Of a stretch of 64,000 nucleotides of DNA, positions 57,770 through 64,000 are shown one piece after another. Each line of letters begins with the position of its first letter. The first letter of the stretch is position 1. The notes beneath the pieces were generated by a model. That model ran no database searches and had not been told where the DNA came from. It was given only the letters and a program-made list of their open reading frames with translations. The stretch lies in assembly GCA_964016885.1 (NCBI GenBank), contig OZ024750.1, positions 19,902,001 through 19,966,000 of the forward strand. Reading direction: 5' to 3'. This stretch comes from Eledone cirrhosa (taxonomy: Eukaryota). The translations under genes were made by a program, and so were the position numbers.

Positions 57770-58280
57770 TCTATGTGAAAATGTGTCTTCTCGATTATAT
57801 GTATGTATGAATGTATGTAGAATCATGTCTTCAATACTAAATCATGTATGTAGAAGCTGGTTTTAAATTATTCTACCTCATGTAAATCTAATGCATGTAT
57901 GTGGAAAACTGTTTTCAATTACTAGCGTATGTATGGAATATATCTATGTGGACATGCATGTTAAACCTGAATGCATGTGTGTGAAAATGTATATCCAGTA
58001 CTAAAGCATATATGAATACATTTGTATTAACGTCTTATGTATTTATGTGAAAAATGTGTTGTATACATCTTCAGATCTAATGCACGATTATGGAATTATG
58101 CTTTCACTACCGAAGGATGTATGTAAAAATGTGTCTTCAAAACGTATGTTGGTACGTGGAAGTTATCCACAATACTAAGTGTTGTGGAAGATTGCTTTCA
58201 GTATTAGAACAATACAAAACAAACTCTTTAGTTTCTAATGTCTGTATGGCATGTATAAAGCAAGTATGTACACGTATGGG
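57770..58280. repeat. old degenerate minisatellite (~30-40-bp units, ATGTATGTGGAAAATGTGTCTTCA-like)
   Basis: Recurrent GCATGTATGT / GAAAATGTG / GTCTTCA motifs. Confidence 0.5.
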
Positions 58281-59627
58281 GTAGTGTCTGTTTACTAGTA
58301 TTGGCAGTGTGATATCAATTTAGTTACCTGAGGTGAATCAATTTTGCATTCGTCGCTAAGCTCTCATCTGTGACATATCAAGTGAAATATACGTGGTAAA
58401 GCCATCTAATAGTACTTAATACTTAACGGAAGGCAAACAGGTTCACATGCACTTATACGAGGAGTCTGATGGCATACATCTCTCTTTGGAAGCTTTAACT
58501 TACATAAGCTTTAATTAACGCACAAACACACTTAAGAATGATGGAACCACGTATGTGTGAAAACAAGTTGTCATATATGTATATATAAGTCTATGTAAGT
58601 ATGTATATTTATACATACACACACACATATATATGTATGTATGTGTGTGTGTGAGTGTGTGAGTGTGTGTGAGTGTGTCTGTGTATGCGTTTGTCTGTTT
58701 GTGCGTGTGTGTGTTTGTAGCAATCACTATATATAATTGTTGCTGTCATTAATCCATTTCCTCCAGTATATTATATATTCACTAATGCATCGTGCATATT
58801 ACCACATAAATACTGCCATAATATAGTGTCAGTTATAATTAACACAGGTGAGTTAAGCGTGAGTGATCCTTTTGAATAGGTCAATCCAACCGTGACATAC
58901 AATTAGAAACATCGCTTAAATGCTGAATAGAATCACAATAGTGTATGCAGGTTGGAAAATAGAACTATTGTGAAATTAGGCGCAATCATGACTGTGGGGT
59001 TAAGGCATTTATTTCGCAACGATGAGCTGTCTGGTTTTGACTATCTGAGTGTTATCTTAGATAAGTTGCTTCTACTATAAAATGTAAATTTTAGTTTTGA
59101 GGAGAAATTTTGTAGTGATTTCGAACCTTCAGTTTGATAACTCTATATATGTATAATTTGTATCTATTTGTGTTTACATTAAAATGAATATATTACGGTC
59201 AGTTTGATAGAAAACAAGCCCTTGAATTGGATGCACAATAACATGTTTATAACTGAATAACTGAAATATTTTAAACTATGAAAGAGTAGCTTAGTTATAT
59301 TCTGAAATAAGACTAATAATTACGATAATAAAAACATAATAATAATATGTTCTGGTTTAATAACACCATGGCAATTAGTAACCAAGCCTCCCGCTAAATG
59401 GGAAAGAAATCTATTATTATCGCCATAACAAAAGGGAATGTAAACCAGAAAACGTAAACGGATTTGCTAAACAAGAACCAATGAACCTTACCAAAACATG
59501 CAAGCAACCACAATACGACATAGAGAGCATAATAACGACTAAAACATGAACAATAGATCAGAAGGCAAACAAATACTACGATTTTGTGAGCAAGTTGGTG
59601 CACATTCTGTCATACACACACACACAA

Positions 59628-59666
<39 letters not shown>

Positions 59667-60359
59667 CACACACACACGCACACACACACGCACACACGCA
59701 TACACACGCGCGCACATACACACACACACACACCTATATATATATTATATATATATAACAAAATAATGAAGATCACTTGTGTAAATACAGCTTCCCCCGG
59801 CCAGTGTTTACCACACTCAATGAATCTGGTGAATTGCAGTTAAGCAGATGCAATCAACTGTTCAGAGTGCACACATTTAGTTTACTGTAGCTAGTTGGCT
59901 GTGTTTAGGTAGAGATAAATGTAAATATCTCTCTCCTGGACAATCGTTTCTGTGTAATATAACTTTACAAATGCAGATTTTATTATGTTCAGAAAATCAC
60001 ACAAAATCAGCAGATATTTACTCACTCGAGCTATTACACATCTTCAGCTGGTTTGACCCAAATTATACGATAGTTTCGTGCAGTGTGAGCAAGCCTTCAC
60101 CGGTGGATAAGCTGTCTAACAGTTCACGGCAGTCCCCCACTCCGCCTCTAATGAAAAGAGGAAGAATTTCTCGCAGTCCATAACAGGTGATTTTGGTAGT
60201 TGAATTCAAACAAAGGAATTCTCGCCAAAAACGAAGAACACAACCGGCTTCTAGCGTATGTGCATACATCCATAACTAGGCTCATGCAAATATATACATA
60301 TACAAGGAAATAAAATTTGATTCGTGGTACAATATCAAATATGCAATGCTCTAAATTTT

Positions 60360-60548
60360 AATTGTTTCTACTTTTGGCACAAGGCCAGCAATTATCCCAG
60401 TGTATTACTGGTACTTTATTTCATCGACCCCGTAAGGATGAAAGGCAAAGTTAACCTCGGCGGAATATGAACACAGAACATAAAGGGAAGTGACTCTTTG
60501 CTGAAAAGCATGGCGTCTACCCTCTACCGATACTGCCAATTAACCGTC
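60360..60548 (-). mobile_element. SINE, short variant
   Basis: Family sequence. Confidence 0.88.
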
Positions 60549-62536
60549 CTCATAAACAAGAAATAATGACAAGTCTACTCTTATACACGAGTTCTGGACG
60601 TTTCTGTAAGAATCGTCTAGTTTCCTGAAACCATTGATAATGGAATAATTATATTGTGTTGTTTATCATGCAATTAAATAGCTCTGTACAATACATAGAG
60701 CACTGTTCTGTCCTTTACATTTTCTTCGGAAATACTTAAAACAAACACACACACACATACATCCATACACAGACACAGTTACATATATATGTAAACATAC
60801 ATACATACGTGGCAGTAATATAGGATGGAGTTCTTGGATTGCAATTCGTTGCAGATATAAACTTTTATGCGAAATGCATGAGGAAGGAAGGCACCAGGGA
60901 ACTTTAAACACATGAAAGAGAACACTTTAATGTTCGCCTTCTTAGAAATATCTTAGATAAACACACATACAAACATACGCACACGCACACACATACGTAT
61001 ACACACACACACATATATATATATATATACATATATTTATATATAAGGGAATAACTATATAGATGGATAGATAAACATATATACAAATTTGGATGTCAAA
61101 AATGATTAATTCTTTTTATCATTGACATTAGTTTTGCCAACTTTCACGTAGAATCGAATGAATATTTTACTAAGATATTTTGTGGCCAGTGGTCGTACAT
61201 AATCAATCAGTGATGATCTAAGCAAGAACACACGCACACGCTATATTTCCACCAGATGTATAGCTAGCTAATTTCTATATAATTTATTTCGTGTATTTTA
61301 TTATGTATTTTGTTATAGTGGAACTTGCATGAATTTATATGCATGTTGTCCTTAACATTTTATTTTTATCTTAGCATTCATCTTATTTTACAGAAGGCAT
61401 GTAGGAAATAAAATATTTTCCGTGCTTCCCGATTCCTCCTTTGAGATTCTGCAATATGATATTCAGTAAAAAAAAAATCTATTGCAATATGTTTCTCCTG
61501 TTTAATGATCTCGTATGGCTTATATATATTGTTATGCTTCGTTATTTCTTGTATATAATATGGTGTAGTGAAATATTTGACATCCTGTTGCATGGGTTCG
61601 GATATGGATATGTTTAATCTACTAAAGAATTTCAGGGTGATTTCGTTTCACACCATTATATTGAATTATTTAAAAGATGCTACTTATTACTCAGTTGAAA
61701 TCTTCTCAAGATTTCAGAAGATTGATTATATGTTAATAAGTATGCTATCTATGTATGATTACATGTAAATAGGGAAACACAATATGTTTAATTTGATGTG
61801 TAACGATTTGAACAAATAAGGTAGAGAAAGCATCAAGACTATTTTGGCTTTATTGCGATATCATCACTAAATTTTTTACAATGGAATATAAAACTTTGAA
61901 TCACATGTATATATGTAAAATCTATTTTTCCAGCGTAAATCAATGAAAAGATCCCAAATCTCAACCACACATATCACAATAATTATTCTCAGTTATCCAT
62001 ATTTAATAGAAACTTGATTTGTCAACAGTATAAACAGCGATAAATCCAAGAGTATTAATGAATTAGCCATGACAATAGTGGTTGTTAATGTTCGTTCTGC
62101 TAGTGTAATAATTTACATGTTATCTATCAATCAGTATAGCTAATAATTGCTCCTGAAATATCACAGTAAATTCAAGGAAGTAAATAGATTTAAATATTAA
62201 AGTTTAATTATATTCAAAACTTACAAACAATAATGATGAATCGGTTTCTGCTTTTATATATTTTTCTTAACGATAAACAAATCCTAAATTTGATTATCTT
62301 TCTATTATCATATTGTAATCATTGTTGGATATTTGAAATAAATGTAAATATGAAATTACTATATCGTGCTTTATTAAATCTATTTAAATAATTGTTTATA
62401 TCTACAACAACCTCTTATCCTTATACAATATTCTATATCATTCTTACTTTTCACAGCAAAATTATCCTATCACAATTGGATACTTGAAATATACTGGGTA
62501 GTGTGCCACATCACCGTATGCTATAATGAATCTTAC

Positions 62537-62653
62537 CTATTCTAAATTCCTGTAAGTATGCTTCTCGTCGTCCATAGTAAGGATGAAGGAATTGCAAAGT
62601 AATTACAATCACATTTATACACGTAAACATGTAAGCAGCTTTTCTTCCGCTGA
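62537..62653 (-). other. candidate 117-nt exon of an unidentified minus-strand gene
   Basis: Acceptor TTATTTTCAG and donor AG|GTAAGA; open in phase 1 (SGRKAAYMFTCINVIVITLQFLHPYYGRREAYLQEFRI); no recognisable domain. Confidence 0.3.
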
Positions 62654-63719
62654 CTGAAAATAATGATGAAACTGTATTGCCCATACATCTATGCAACTTA
62701 AACTTATTTATATAAGTAATCGTGTCTGATTAGATACACGTTTCACTCGGCTTCAGGTAAACACTCTATTGGTTTATACAGATATAAATTTAGAGCGATC
62801 ATTAGCTGTTTACTGTAGTTTCATACATATCTTGATTAGTTGGTTGAGTAATATCAAAATATGGTGGCTATCTATTTAGACTTTTATTGGAGGAAATTAT
62901 ATTCCGGTTAAAATTTTGGCTATCTTTCTCATTCAATTTCGATTTTCAAAAATTATTCATGTTTCTAACATGTTTTCTTGTGATACGTGTTGCTGTCTTC
63001 TTCTACTCAATAACGCTTACACTATCTTAAGTGCATTAATAAAAGAAAAGAGAAACTATCAATTTCATGTGTTTATTACTTATATAGTTATAACATGATA
63101 AATCTACACTTCCTAGTTCTTGGGTGTATATATGTGTATTGCTTCCTACTACAAATCATGACATTCATTATTCTAAAATACCAAGCGAAAATACAAACAT
63201 TATAAATTTAGTTAGTTATAAGTGGATAAAAAATATATGAGAGAAAACAACAATATAACATCACATTCATGTTAGTAAATTTGATCTGACTATAGTTTAC
63301 AATAAACGTGGAAGAAAATGAATTATTTGATGTCGCTACGTATTTCTATAATTGTATCTACCTGCATAATTATGTTAAGGTATTTAAGGTGATCTATGTA
63401 ATACCTACCTACATTCAATCATTTTGTCTCATATTTATCTAATTTTAGTTCCTGTTTAAAAATTGTAAAACTATGGTAGGATTTGTTTTATTAATTTTAT
63501 TGCTGTTCTCTCAGTTATTGATATAATTATAATTTCCCATAACAGTGGAATCAGTAGCGTGAATTTTCAGACCGACGCTGTATGGTATTTATCTGTTTGA
63601 TGTGTTAAACATTATAAAATTATTGCCGATGAACAACTTTTGAACAGTTGTGATTTGATTACATACTTTTCTTTCAAATATATCAAATATATTAAAAACT
63701 ATTCGTACTGAATCCTCCT

Positions 63720-63765
63720 TATATATATATATTTTTTTTTTATATGTATATATATATATATATGC

Positions 63766-63799
<34 letters not shown>

Positions 63800-63801
63800 G
63801 C

Positions 63802-63834
<33 letters not shown>

Positions 63835-64000
63835 GATATATGTATATATATATATGCATATATATATATATATGCATATATATATATAGATATATGTATA
63901 TATATATATGCATATATATATATATATATATATATAAATATATGTATATATATATATATATATATGCATATATATATATATATAAATATATGTATATATG
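63720..64000. repeat. (TA)n array with TGCA/TAGA interruptions
   Basis: Directly visible. Confidence 0.95.

Overview
AT-rich, microsatellite-laden eukaryotic genomic DNA, inferred to be from an octopod cephalopod on the basis of its SINE families and (TA)n load. No intact host protein-coding gene can be demonstrated, and nearly all listed ORFs are translations of (TA)n/(CA)n/(GA)n tracts or antisense frames of retroelements. Supported content: (i) Tx1/L1-clade LINE pieces (a gag-like ORF1 with a CCHC knuckle, a degraded ORF1+APE copy, an ORF2 3' end); (ii) about 15 copies of a tRNA-headed SINE, several with clear TSDs, plus older CORE-type SINEs; (iii) an internally deleted mariner and a Tc2/pogo-type MITE; (iv) many Penelope-like (Naiad-type) fold-back insertions in (TA)n tracts carrying type I hammerhead ribozymes, several with non-canonical cores (U3-A8, C4) and one with a SECIS-like hairpin. 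The most unexplained signal is a pair of diverged ~580-615 nt non-coding, terminally redundant elements in (TA)n (6970-7744, 23670-24335) that share conserved blocks and helices, one with a compensatory change, suggesting an unannotated large structured mobile RNA. All calls were made by eye, with no alignment or folding software.
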